Source: Candidatus Hermodarchaeum yapensis
Lineage (GTDB): Archaea; Asgardarchaeota; Hermodarchaeia; Hermodarchaeales; Hermodarchaeaceae
Assembly: GCA_016840405.1 (NCBI GenBank)
Contig: JAEOSK010000046.1
Span: 1 to 17,440, forward strand
Direction: 5' to 3'
Length of the DNA: 17,440 nt
In this document: piece by piece, positions 7,939-16,900 of the stretch
Layout of the letters: every line of letters starts with the position of its first letter
How positions within the stretch are numbered: the stretch's first letter is position 1
Made by a program: the position numbers and the translations under genes
Notes under the pieces: model-generated
Told to the model about the DNA's origin: nothing
Databases searched by the model: none
The model's input: only the letters and a program-made list of their open reading frames with translations

Positions 7939-9351
7939 ATGCCCTCCAAATCCCCTCCTCAGTCACTCTTTGGGAGCTCAGGTATTCGAGGACGCGTTCA
8001 TGAGCTAATAACCGGGCCTTTTGCTATCCGTGTTGGTTTAGCTGCAGCACAATTTCTTCGCAAGAACACTAAGAATCCCGCCATCATGGTCGGTCATGAC
8101 CATCGAACGACTGGTCCCATGATCACCTCTGCCCTTATGTCAGGTCTTCTACAAGGTGGAATCCCTGTGCGAATGACCGGTATGGCTCCCACGCCAACCA
8201 TTGCTTATGCAGCTGGTAAGGAAGGGATGAGTGCTTCCATTATTGTGACAGCTAGCCACAATCCCCCGGAGTACAACGGCTTTAAATTCCATAATCCTGA
8301 TGGTGCAGGATTTTCGATTCCACAACAACACGAACTCGAACAGCTTCTTGACACAGCGGAGGCAGTTTCTTGGGAAGAATTTACCGAGTCTAGCTCCTAT
8401 GATGCAATTCCGCTTCATATTGATGCGCTACTCGACAATTGTGAAGTGAATACCTCACATCAAGTTGTAATTGATGCTGCTCTGGGTGTTGGAGGACTAG
8501 TTACTCCACAAGTACTTCAACAACTCAACGCCGTGACCAAAATACTCAACACACCTCCCAATGGCAAAAATTATGCTCGAAACTGTGGGCCTTCCAAAAT
8601 CCAAAGTGCTGCGGCCGCAGAATGGCAACACTTCGTTCGTTTAGATGATCTCAGCAAAATCGTTCAAACCACCAAAGCTGAAGTAGGGCTTGCCCATGAC
8701 GGGGATGCTGATCGCCTCCTTGCAGTTGATAATAAAGGTCGCGTACTAGCAGGGGATACCCTGCTCGCATTAATGGCAGATTTCTATCTTTCAGTACGTG
8801 GTGGCAAAGTAATTGCTACAACTGTCTCTAGTTCCAGTGTCGTTGACCATGTGGCTAAGAAACATGGAGCAACAGTTGAACGCACTCAGGTAGGGGATGT
8901 GTTTGTCTCGAACCTTGTAAAGGAACACAATGCCGTTATGGGGGCAGAACCTTCTGGTCCTTTCATCTTTCCTGAAGTTCACTTATGCCCCGATGGACCA
9001 CTAGCTGCCTGTAAAGTGCTCGAGTTTCTAGATTGGGCGAAGCGTCCGCTAAGTTCACTTGTCGATGACCTGCCAGCCACCCATCTTCTTCGCGCCTCGG
9101 TAAAATGCTCTGATGATAAGAAACGCCCAGTAATGAACACAATTGTTACGGTCTTAGACACGTGGACTGACATCGAAGACGTGAACCGTTTGGACGGTGT
9201 CCGAGTCAGTTTTGCTGATTCAAGTTGGGTACTCATCCGTCCTTCCGGAACAGAACCACTCATTCGGATTACCGTAGAAGCGCTCTCTGTTCAGCGTGCG
9301 AAAAAATTACTCAAAGATGCAAAAACTGCTCTCGGACCGGTTATCAAGTAG
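7939..9351 (+). CDS. glmM: Phosphohexomutase paralogue 3, probable phosphoglucosamine mutase
   Basis: FGSSGIRG, TASHNPPEYNGFK, HDGDADR, GAEPSG and RPSGTEP; SD GGTGA; abuts glmU. Substrate specificity is inferred. Confidence 0.75.
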   Translation: MPSKSPPQSLFGSSGIRGRVHELITGPFAIRVGLAAAQFLRKNTKNPAIMVGHDHRTTGPMITSALMSGLLQGGIPVRMTGMAPTPTIAYAAGKEGMSASIIVTASHNPPEYNGFKFHNPDGAGFSIPQQHELEQLLDTAEAVSWEEFTESSSYDAIPLHIDALLDNCEVNTSHQVVIDAALGVGGLVTPQVLQQLNAVTKILNTPPNGKNYARNCGPSKIQSAAAAEWQHFVRLDDLSKIVQTTKAEVGLAHDGDADRLLAVDNKGRVLAGDTLLALMADFYLSVRGGKVIATTVSSSSVVDHVAKKHGATVERTQVGDVFVSNLVKEHNAVMGAEPSGPFIFPEVHLCPDGPLAACKVLEFLDWAKRPLSSLVDDLPATHLLRASVKCSDDKKRPVMNTIVTVLDTWTDIEDVNRLDGVRVSFADSSWVLIRPSGTEPLIRITVEALSVQRAKKLLKDAKTALGPVIK

Positions 9352-10621
9352 GACCCCGACGTTTTTTCTCAAGATACTCTTGCTTTAATTGCAAATGGAT
9401 ATTGTCGGCTACATCAGTTTTTACGACCACAGCGGGATCAATCCATGAATTATAACCAATTGTCCTCCCAGGCAAAACAACCGCTCCACACCCAATTTTT
9501 GCAGTGTCACCAACGACCGCACCAAATTTATCGGTATGTGTTGAGGCTAGTTGTCCTCGTAGCATAACCTGAACTTCTGCTCCATCAAAACGATAATTCG
9601 AAAGCACCACACTGGCACCAATATCCACCTCATAGCCAAGAATGCTGTCCCCGACAAAGGCTAGGTGTCCGATACGGCTTCCTGGCATCAAGACGCTATT
9701 TCGTACTTCACAGGAGAAGCCAATGCTGGCTCCTAAATCAATCACGGTGTAATCACGGATTAGACAGTTGTTTCCCACAATGGCGTCAGGACCAACATAG
9801 ACTGGTCCAACTAGGGCTGCACCAGGAAATATTCGTGCTCTTGGTCCAATCCAAACGTCACCAATAATGTGAGCGGCATCACTAATAGAAGCAGAAGCGT
9901 CAATTCGGTCTCGCTTATTTTGACGTATACGTTCAAACAAGACAGGTGACGCTTCTAGGATGTTCCAAGTTCGACCCACATCAACCCATGGATCCTTTGA
10001 ATGACTTCCATAAACTGTATGTCCTTCGTTAATGAGCTGTTGAATTCCCACTTCTAATTCCTTGGTTTTTCGGATTGCATCAAAAACCGCGTTCGTAAAA
10101 ACGTAAACACCTGCAACCGCTAGATTGCTAGGTTCAGTTCCTGGCGCAGGCTTTTCAACAATAGTGGTGATTTCTTCTTCCGCCAAGGCAACGACTCCAA
10201 ATTGTGAGGGGTTTGGCACTTCAACTAATGACAAGGCCATATCATGAGCTTTTGCAGCTTGCACCGTTTCCTTGAATCGTTCAGTAGTGGTGATAATGTC
10301 ACAATCAGTCATGAGAAATCGGTCCCCATCGGCCAACTGCGTTTCAGCTGCCAACACTGCATCATATTCACCTTTCGGTTCAGCTTGAAGTGCATAGCTG
10401 ATGTTCACATCCATGTGTTTGCCGTCACCAAAGTAGCTCTCAATCTGCTCGCGCTGATGACCAACCACTACCACAATTTCCGTTAAACCGGCTTCTCGAA
10501 CCGTGTCAATCACATGATGGAGCATTGGTTTGCCAAGTAGTGGCAACATAGCCTTTGGGCGATATTGCGTCAGTGGATGTAATCGGGTCCCGTATCCTGC
10601 AGAAAGAATCAATGCTTTCAT
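9344..10621 (-). CDS. glmU: Archaeal bifunctional sugar-1-phosphate nucleotidyltransferase/acetyltransferase
   Basis: ILSAGYGTRLHPLTQYRPKAMLP, IVEKP and WVDVG, then hexapeptide left-handed beta-helix repeats with GHLAFVGDSILG, NYRFDG and KFGAVVGD. Likely start is ATG 10621, next to the cysS stop. Confidence 0.88.
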   Translation of the reverse strand: MKALILSAGYGTRLHPLTQYRPKAMLPLLGKPMLHHVIDTVREAGLTEIVVVVGHQREQIESYFGDGKHMDVNISYALQAEPKGEYDAVLAAETQLADGDRFLMTDCDIITTTERFKETVQAAKAHDMALSLVEVPNPSQFGVVALAEEEITTIVEKPAPGTEPSNLAVAGVYVFTNAVFDAIRKTKELEVGIQQLINEGHTVYGSHSKDPWVDVGRTWNILEASPVLFERIRQNKRDRIDASASISDAAHIIGDVWIGPRARIFPGAALVGPVYVGPDAIVGNNCLIRDYTVIDLGASIGFSCEVRNSVLMPGSRIGHLAFVGDSILGYEVDIGASVVLSNYRFDGAEVQVMLRGQLASTHTDKFGAVVGDTAKIGCGAVVLPGRTIGYNSWIDPAVVVKTDVADNIHLQLKQEYLEKKRRGPT

Positions 10622-10623
10622 TT

Positions 10624-12075
10624 TTACGCCCTCTTCCAAACTGTTCCAGATTTTTCATCCTCAAGAATGATGCCCAAATCTTTCAACTGTGCTCGAATCT
10701 GATCCGCGGTCTTGAAATCCTTGTTCTTGCGAGCCTGCGCACGCAAATCAATTAACAATTTCACCAATCCATCCACTGTAGCTTCATCAGTTATCTGCGC
10801 AGGTCCTCCCATTCGGTCTCGATACAAACCCAACACTTCACCTAAAGCATCCAAAACCTCACGAGTCTTCAGTAATGTTCCTGCTGTTATTGTTTGGGTT
10901 CCAGTTAGAATTGTATTCATTAAAGACAAAAATTTACTCAAGCTTGCAAGGGCGATTGGCGTGTTGAAATCATCATCCATCGCTGTTTCATATTCAGTGT
11001 GTAGTGTTTTCAGCCCTTCCCAAAGTTCAGCATCTGCATTCGAAGGCTTTGCTGGATTATCTGCTTCAGCCAAAACGGCTTCTTGGGTGTGTCGTTGAAG
11101 CAAATCGATGGCATTATGGATGCGAGCTAACCGCGATTTTGCCTCATCCAAGTGAGCATCACTAAAGTCAATGGGGCTTCGATATTGAGAGGAAATTAAG
11201 AATAAACGAACAACTTCGGGATCGTATTTGGCGGTGATTTCTTGAATTGTGAAAAAGTTTCCCAAAGATTTCGACATCTTCTCTTTATTCACGGTGAGAA
11301 AGCCATTATGCATCCAATATCGGACGAAGGGGCGGCCACTCAGCGCTTCTGACTGGGCAATCTCATTTTCATGGTGTGGAAACACCAAATCGAGACCTCC
11401 GCCATGGATGTCAATAGGTTCGCCAAGATATTTCGCCGACATCACCGAGCATTCAATATGCCACCCCGGACGACCCTTTCCCCATGGTGCCTCCCAGAAT
11501 GGCTCACCCGGTTTCATTGCCTTCCATAGAGCAAAATCATCCGGATGCTTCTTTTCCCCGCTTTCACTCGGTTCAGGTTCATCAGGTTCTTTGGCATCCT
11601 GCTCCTGTCGTGATAAGGACCCATACTTCTTGAATTTGGAAACGCGGAAATACACCGAACCATTCGCTTCATATGCATAGCCCTTTTTGATGAGCTTCTG
11701 AATGTGTGCAATCATTTCCTCAATGTGTTCTGTGGCCTTCGGAAATGCCGTCGCTCGCTTAACGCCCAATTTATCAAAATCCTCAAAGTACTCCTGAATG
11801 TACTTTGTCGCCAGTTCAGTGGTAGTAACGCCCTGCTCATTTGCTCGACTAATCATCTTATCATCAATGTCTGTGAAGTTCTGAATGAATCGAACATCAA
11901 AGCTCTTGTATTCAAGGTACCGTCGAATAACATCAAACGCTACAATGGATCGTGCATGACCCAGATGGCTCGAATCATACACCGTGGGTCCGCACAAATA
12001 CATGCGAACTTCGCCTTCATGTAATGGTTTGAAGGGTTCCTTCTTCCGTGTGAGCGTATTATAAACTTCCAACAT
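10624..12075 (-). CDS. cysS: Cysteine--tRNA ligase (class I)
   Basis: YLCGPTVY, HLGH, DFALWK, GRPGWHIECS, DIHGGGLDLVFPHHENEIAQ, KMSKSLGN and C-terminal ADQIR. Likely start is ATG 12075 (SD GGGAG). Confidence 0.98.
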   Translation of the reverse strand: MLEVYNTLTRKKEPFKPLHEGEVRMYLCGPTVYDSSHLGHARSIVAFDVIRRYLEYKSFDVRFIQNFTDIDDKMISRANEQGVTTTELATKYIQEYFEDFDKLGVKRATAFPKATEHIEEMIAHIQKLIKKGYAYEANGSVYFRVSKFKKYGSLSRQEQDAKEPDEPEPSESGEKKHPDDFALWKAMKPGEPFWEAPWGKGRPGWHIECSVMSAKYLGEPIDIHGGGLDLVFPHHENEIAQSEALSGRPFVRYWMHNGFLTVNKEKMSKSLGNFFTIQEITAKYDPEVVRLFLISSQYRSPIDFSDAHLDEAKSRLARIHNAIDLLQRHTQEAVLAEADNPAKPSNADAELWEGLKTLHTEYETAMDDDFNTPIALASLSKFLSLMNTILTGTQTITAGTLLKTREVLDALGEVLGLYRDRMGGPAQITDEATVDGLVKLLIDLRAQARKNKDFKTADQIRAQLKDLGIILEDEKSGTVWKRA

Positions 12076-12139
12076 AGCTTCTCCCGCCTGAATCAGCCAT
12101 TCGTTCTTATAAAAGTGCAATTATTCCTCCGCAATCCCT

Positions 12140-13087
12140 CTAAGACTTCGATTTTTTATTCCTGGCAGCTGCTAAAACCGTGCGGGCAAGCTGTTTTTTC
12201 CGTTCCATGGAAGTCAACAGCGTCTGCTCCACAACGGCATTCACACCTAACTCTTCTATCTTTGGTGTTAAGCTCTTGTCTTTCTGGTCAATGACTAGGA
12301 TATCAAGAAACTCGCGATAGAACTCCGCCACACCCTTTGCTGACACCTCGACCCCCTTTCCTTCCATCAGCTTATCCGCTGGTCCCTTCACCGGTTTTCC
12401 GCCAATAATCGGAGAAACACCCACACAAGGCGCCGACGCTTCTACGATCGCCTCTTTAATTCCTGGTACTGCAAGAATGGGGCCTATACTGACAATAGGA
12501 TTGCTTGGACAAATAATCAAAGTCTCAGCATGTTGGATAGCATCCAAAATACCTGGGCTAGGTTCCGCACTCTCAATACCATCAAAGATCACGTCCTCAA
12601 CGTTGTCTCTTGCTTGTCGTTTGACTAAATACTCTTCAAAATGAAGCAACCCTACATCTGTGACAATCCGGGTGGGAACCCATTTTTCGGTCATCGGAAA
12701 AAGTTGACAGCGAACACCCAAAGAGTGACTAATCACTTGTGTAGCTTTTGATAAGGACCACCCCTGTTGCAACATCGCTGTACGGGCAATATGTGTACCC
12801 AAATCCCGGTCGCCCAGAGTAAACCATGTCTCAAATCCAAGTTCCTGCAACATCGAAAGTGCCCTTGTTGTATCACCCTTAATCCCCCAACCTTTCTCAG
12901 GATCCACAATCCCCGCCAACGTATAGGTCACAATATCTAGATCTGGAGAAATATACAGGCCCATAAAATTCGCCATATCATCGCCCGTATTCACAATAAC
13001 CGTAACCTCTTCTGGAGGAACAACTCGAACAAGCCCCTCCAGAAACCGAGCCGCACCAACACCTCCTGCCAAGGCAACAACCGACAT
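12140..13087 (-). CDS. cofD: 2-phospho-L-lactate (or phosphoenolpyruvate) transferase, F420 biosynthesis
   Basis: LAGGVGAARFL, VNTGDD, ISPDLD, WFTLGDRD, HFEEY, PSNPIVSIGPIL and VSPIIGGKPVKGPA; SD GGAGG. Confidence 0.95.
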   Translation of the reverse strand: MSVVALAGGVGAARFLEGLVRVVPPEEVTVIVNTGDDMANFMGLYISPDLDIVTYTLAGIVDPEKGWGIKGDTTRALSMLQELGFETWFTLGDRDLGTHIARTAMLQQGWSLSKATQVISHSLGVRCQLFPMTEKWVPTRIVTDVGLLHFEEYLVKRQARDNVEDVIFDGIESAEPSPGILDAIQHAETLIICPSNPIVSIGPILAVPGIKEAIVEASAPCVGVSPIIGGKPVKGPADKLMEGKGVEVSAKGVAEFYREFLDILVIDQKDKSLTPKIEELGVNAVVEQTLLTSMERKKQLARTVLAAARNKKSKS

Positions 13088-13133
13088 AATGACTCCTCCA
13101 ATTCAAAGGAATGTCCAACAATTGTATTGTATC

Positions 13134-13745
13134 CTATTTTTCGCTATCGAAAACCACAATTTCTTCCAATCGACGCCGAGGAGGTGTTAACGGCGATTCC
13201 GCTGGCTCACCAAGCGCAATTAATGCCTGTGGATACACATCACTAGGAATCTTCAAGGTTTCTTGAACAATCCCTTGACAAAATAGCGGCGCACAGAACC
13301 AACACGCCCCCAACTCTTCAGCATGAGCCGCCAAGAGAATATTCTGAATTGCCGCTGCAACACTCTGCACTCCCATCACAAATTCTGCCTGTTGCCGTCT
13401 TTCATCAGAATATTCATCCATCGTGTCCATTGAAAGACATACTAGAACCAAAAGAGGGGCAGTGGAAAACCGCTCAATAGATTCATTCACGACCAATTCT
13501 ATTGTTTCGGCCGTCTCCCCGTCTTTTTCAAGATCCCGTCGAAATAAAGCTCCCATAGCTTCAGCTAGTTGTCGTTTTTTTTCAATGGACTCCAGTACAA
13601 AGAAACGCCACGGTTGAGCATTATGCGCAGAAGGCGCCCACATTCCTGCTGCTAATATCCTGGTAATTTGATCACGAGAAATTAATTTCTCACGATAATT
13701 ACGAACACTTCTCCGACTCTGGACGAAATCATAGAAGTCTTGCAT
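13134..13745 (-). CDS. Nitroreductase-family protein resembling the FbiB C-terminal domain / FbiE (putative dehydro-F420 reductase)
   Basis: RRSVRNY, WAPSAHNAQPWRF, RRDLEKDG, DEYSDERRQQAEFVM, QSVAAAIQNILLAAHAEELGACWFCAPLF; directly upstream of cofD. Likely start is ATG 13745 (SD GGGGT). Confidence 0.85.
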   Translation of the reverse strand: MQDFYDFVQSRRSVRNYREKLISRDQITRILAAGMWAPSAHNAQPWRFFVLESIEKKRQLAEAMGALFRRDLEKDGETAETIELVVNESIERFSTAPLLVLVCLSMDTMDEYSDERRQQAEFVMGVQSVAAAIQNILLAAHAEELGACWFCAPLFCQGIVQETLKIPSDVYPQALIALGEPAESPLTPPRRRLEEIVVFDSEK

Positions 13746-13878
13746 AATAACCCCATTCTTAATTGGCAAGATGCCCTTATAGGCTATGCTCGCATACCTT
13801 GTATATTGCTTAATTATTTTTCATCTACTCAATATCTAGGCAAATACTTATCAACGCGTTTTCCGCGGCTCTAGGTAG

Positions 13879-13909
13879 ACTCCCAAGAGGAAGGTCCTCT
13901 TCGAGGAGT
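13879..13909. repeat. Inverted repeat / stem-loop upstream of the large membrane protein
   Basis: ACTCC-C-AAGAGGA-agg-TCCTCTT-CGA-GGAGT, giving 7-bp and 5-bp stems. Confidence 0.6.
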
Positions 13910-13964
13910 AAGTACATAGATATTGCGGCTGCAACTGGCATTTCGCCAAAATAAGGTGGCTACT

Positions 13965-16900
13965 ATGAAGCGAACCAAAATCATTTCACTCCTTTTTCTA
14001 TTCATGATAACATTACCTGTACTTCCCATACTTCCTTTCACGGGGATAAATTCAGATTATGAGATCGCTCCGAATGATGAGTCGCTAGCTCCATATAGCT
14101 CAACTAATGCTTTTTCATCACCCCAACAAGAATTTAGCCTGTCGACATCGAGCTCAAGTGATGTCCTACCACCAGAAGAAGAACCCATAACTCAACCACC
14201 TCCTGACTATGAACAGTGGATTGGCGGTCCACGCGTTGTTCAATCCACATGGAATATCTCCCAAACATTCACAGATTGTGATAATGATACCGATTATTCT
14301 GTGTACATTGACAAAGGCATGATGTACCACGACACCAGTAACTTCACCCGAGTAGGAAAAATCGACACAACGAAATCCAACATTACTGTAGAAGATTACA
14401 ACCCTCTAGATGGGTGGTACTGGTATTGGCAGATGGATGAAAAAGAAGATCTGGGCGAAGTCGTCTTTATGGCATTTAATGTAACCGGGCAGGCTCCACT
14501 TCTTCTTTCAGGTTTCGCCATTTACCTCTATTCACCAACACATCCTTCCAATCCTCCAACTGGGGGCAATGTTGAATTCACAGTATTCGGTGCGGAATAT
14601 AGTTCCATCTCAGGTTTAGGTACGCAACCAGATTTGAGTAATCAAGTTGCCCCTTGGATACCCGACTATATTGATACTATTCCTCGAGGTGAAGAACGTT
14701 GGGTTTCTCTTTCTCCTGGCATGATGGTGGTTGTTTTAGATCCTTCAATGACTTATGCGAATACTTTCTACTTTGCTATCACTATGATGCCTGGAGCTGC
14801 AATTGGTTGGGCACTCATGGAAGATACAGGAACTCCCCCTGATGGTGACGGAGAAGATGAAGGAGACGCCTGGTACTCGTTAACAATGCCTAACTTGAAT
14901 TTCTTAGATGATGATTTCTTCCTCGCTGCAGTGTTTAATCGACATCCCTATCCCAGTGAAGTCGGAATGACAGTGAACAGCACCGCAGTGGTTGATCTCT
15001 GGCCCTATCCAGGCACTGGTTTCTGGGATGGAGGTTGGCATTCACCAGCAATCAATATGACCGGTGTCACACGATACTATGACGTCGAATTCCTATTCCC
15101 GGCAATCACCTATGACGTGACGTGGTTAGGCTGGTTCTATGAAAATATCTATGCCAACACGTCGTTCACGGCATGGGTTAATAATGATTATGTTGATTGG
15201 AATGTCAGCTTCTTCATCAACTACCCATCAGGAGCATTTGATCAAAGGTTGTTTGTTTCTATTGAAGATGATTGGACAGCTCTCGATGTCTTACTCGATG
15301 GCATACCGCATCCAGACTGGTCCGTTGTTTATTCACCGAGTACTGGGTGGTGGGTGCAAATTAATAATGCACAAAATGGTCAATGGAACGTGTTATGTGA
15401 ATCCTCCGCCTATGAAATACATGCTGAAGTACGAGATTCCGCCAATCAAATCGTAACAGACCTTTACGCCCTCGAAACGGCTTACGTTCGTGGATATGTA
15501 CAAGATCCTGGAGGCGAGAATGCCACAGACGGAAACGGGATCCTCTTTGTCTATGGTCCGAAGGGTAATCTTCAGATCGGCTTAATAAATCCTCTTCCAA
15601 TGCCTCCTGGAGGTCTAGTTGAAATCCCCTGGGATATTTGGACCCCACCAGGGATTGGTGGAATTTATACTCTTAATGTCCTTTGGACAAACGGCACAGA
15701 AGCGGGATTAAACGTTACCACTCTTGGCGTATGGCACACAACGCAGTCACTCATAATTGGGGAGCAATACCCTGAGCCTGGTGGAGAGCTCCTTCGCGGT
15801 GAGCGTGCAGAAGTCACCTTCTTCTATCATGATTTATTCGGATTTGGTATCGATCGGGCGACAATAACAGTCATCAACGAAACCAGTGGTTTCGAATGGG
15901 AAGGATATGACTTTGCAAACCACGCAGGTATTGGTTTACCAGGTTTGTACACAGTATACATCTTCACAGATGGCATAAACTTCGGATTGCACAATGTAAC
16001 AATTCACATCATCCAGAACTATTATGATGAACAAACCTACAACAAAGTGTTCACAATCAAAAGCCGAACAACGCATATTGAATTTTTGAACGGATTAGTA
16101 TTCGATAACAGTTCTGGGCTATGGGACTGGGAGCCAAACCCCCAACCTCTTATCAATACCTCCACTTCAGAATTTACCATTCTCTATAAGGATGATAATG
16201 GATTTCCGCTTGCTGGTGCTCAGTTGACACCCTGGCTATTAAAAGATGAAAATGCAACACGTCTGGACTGGATCGACCTACACTTCGAAGATTTAGGAGA
16301 AGCTGGGCTTTACAACATCACAATAGATACTAATCCCGTCGAAGGAAACATTTTCCATGAAGGAAATGTTGGGATTATCATTATTTATGCCTACAAGATT
16401 GGATATGAAGGAGTCTGGTCGTTTGATCCCGGTGAACCTGGACTAATAGGCGTGCTTCCTCAACCCCGTCCCACATGGATTGATGTACCCCTTGAGTATC
16501 AACACATTGAACTGTATGAAGATTGGCTCTATCCAACGCCCCAACACCCCAACATACTCCGGGTTGTTTTACGAGATACATTATCTGGTGAAGATCTTAG
16601 TCACGGAACCGTAGTTCTTGACGTTCCAGGTTCAGGTTATGTTCCTTTGAATTTAGCTACTCCTGGACTAGGTCTTTATGAAATCACCGCGCTCAATACA
16701 ACAGGTGCTACGCCCGGAACCTATGATTTTACTATTCGAGCTACAGCCACTGATTTTGCGAACTCAACGACAACCGTGAGAATTACTATCTATCCCAAAC
16801 AAGTAATTGTGTACGATGCGGTTCCTGATTTCCGTCCTGCTCCCAACCACGGAAGTTCATGGTCGTTGCGTATCCAATTCCGTCTTGGAATTGTCTCACC

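Noticed and set aside
7600-13617. Small ORFs inside the mutases, glmU, cysS and the nitroreductase
   Set aside because: They overlap well-conserved genes and have no independent support.
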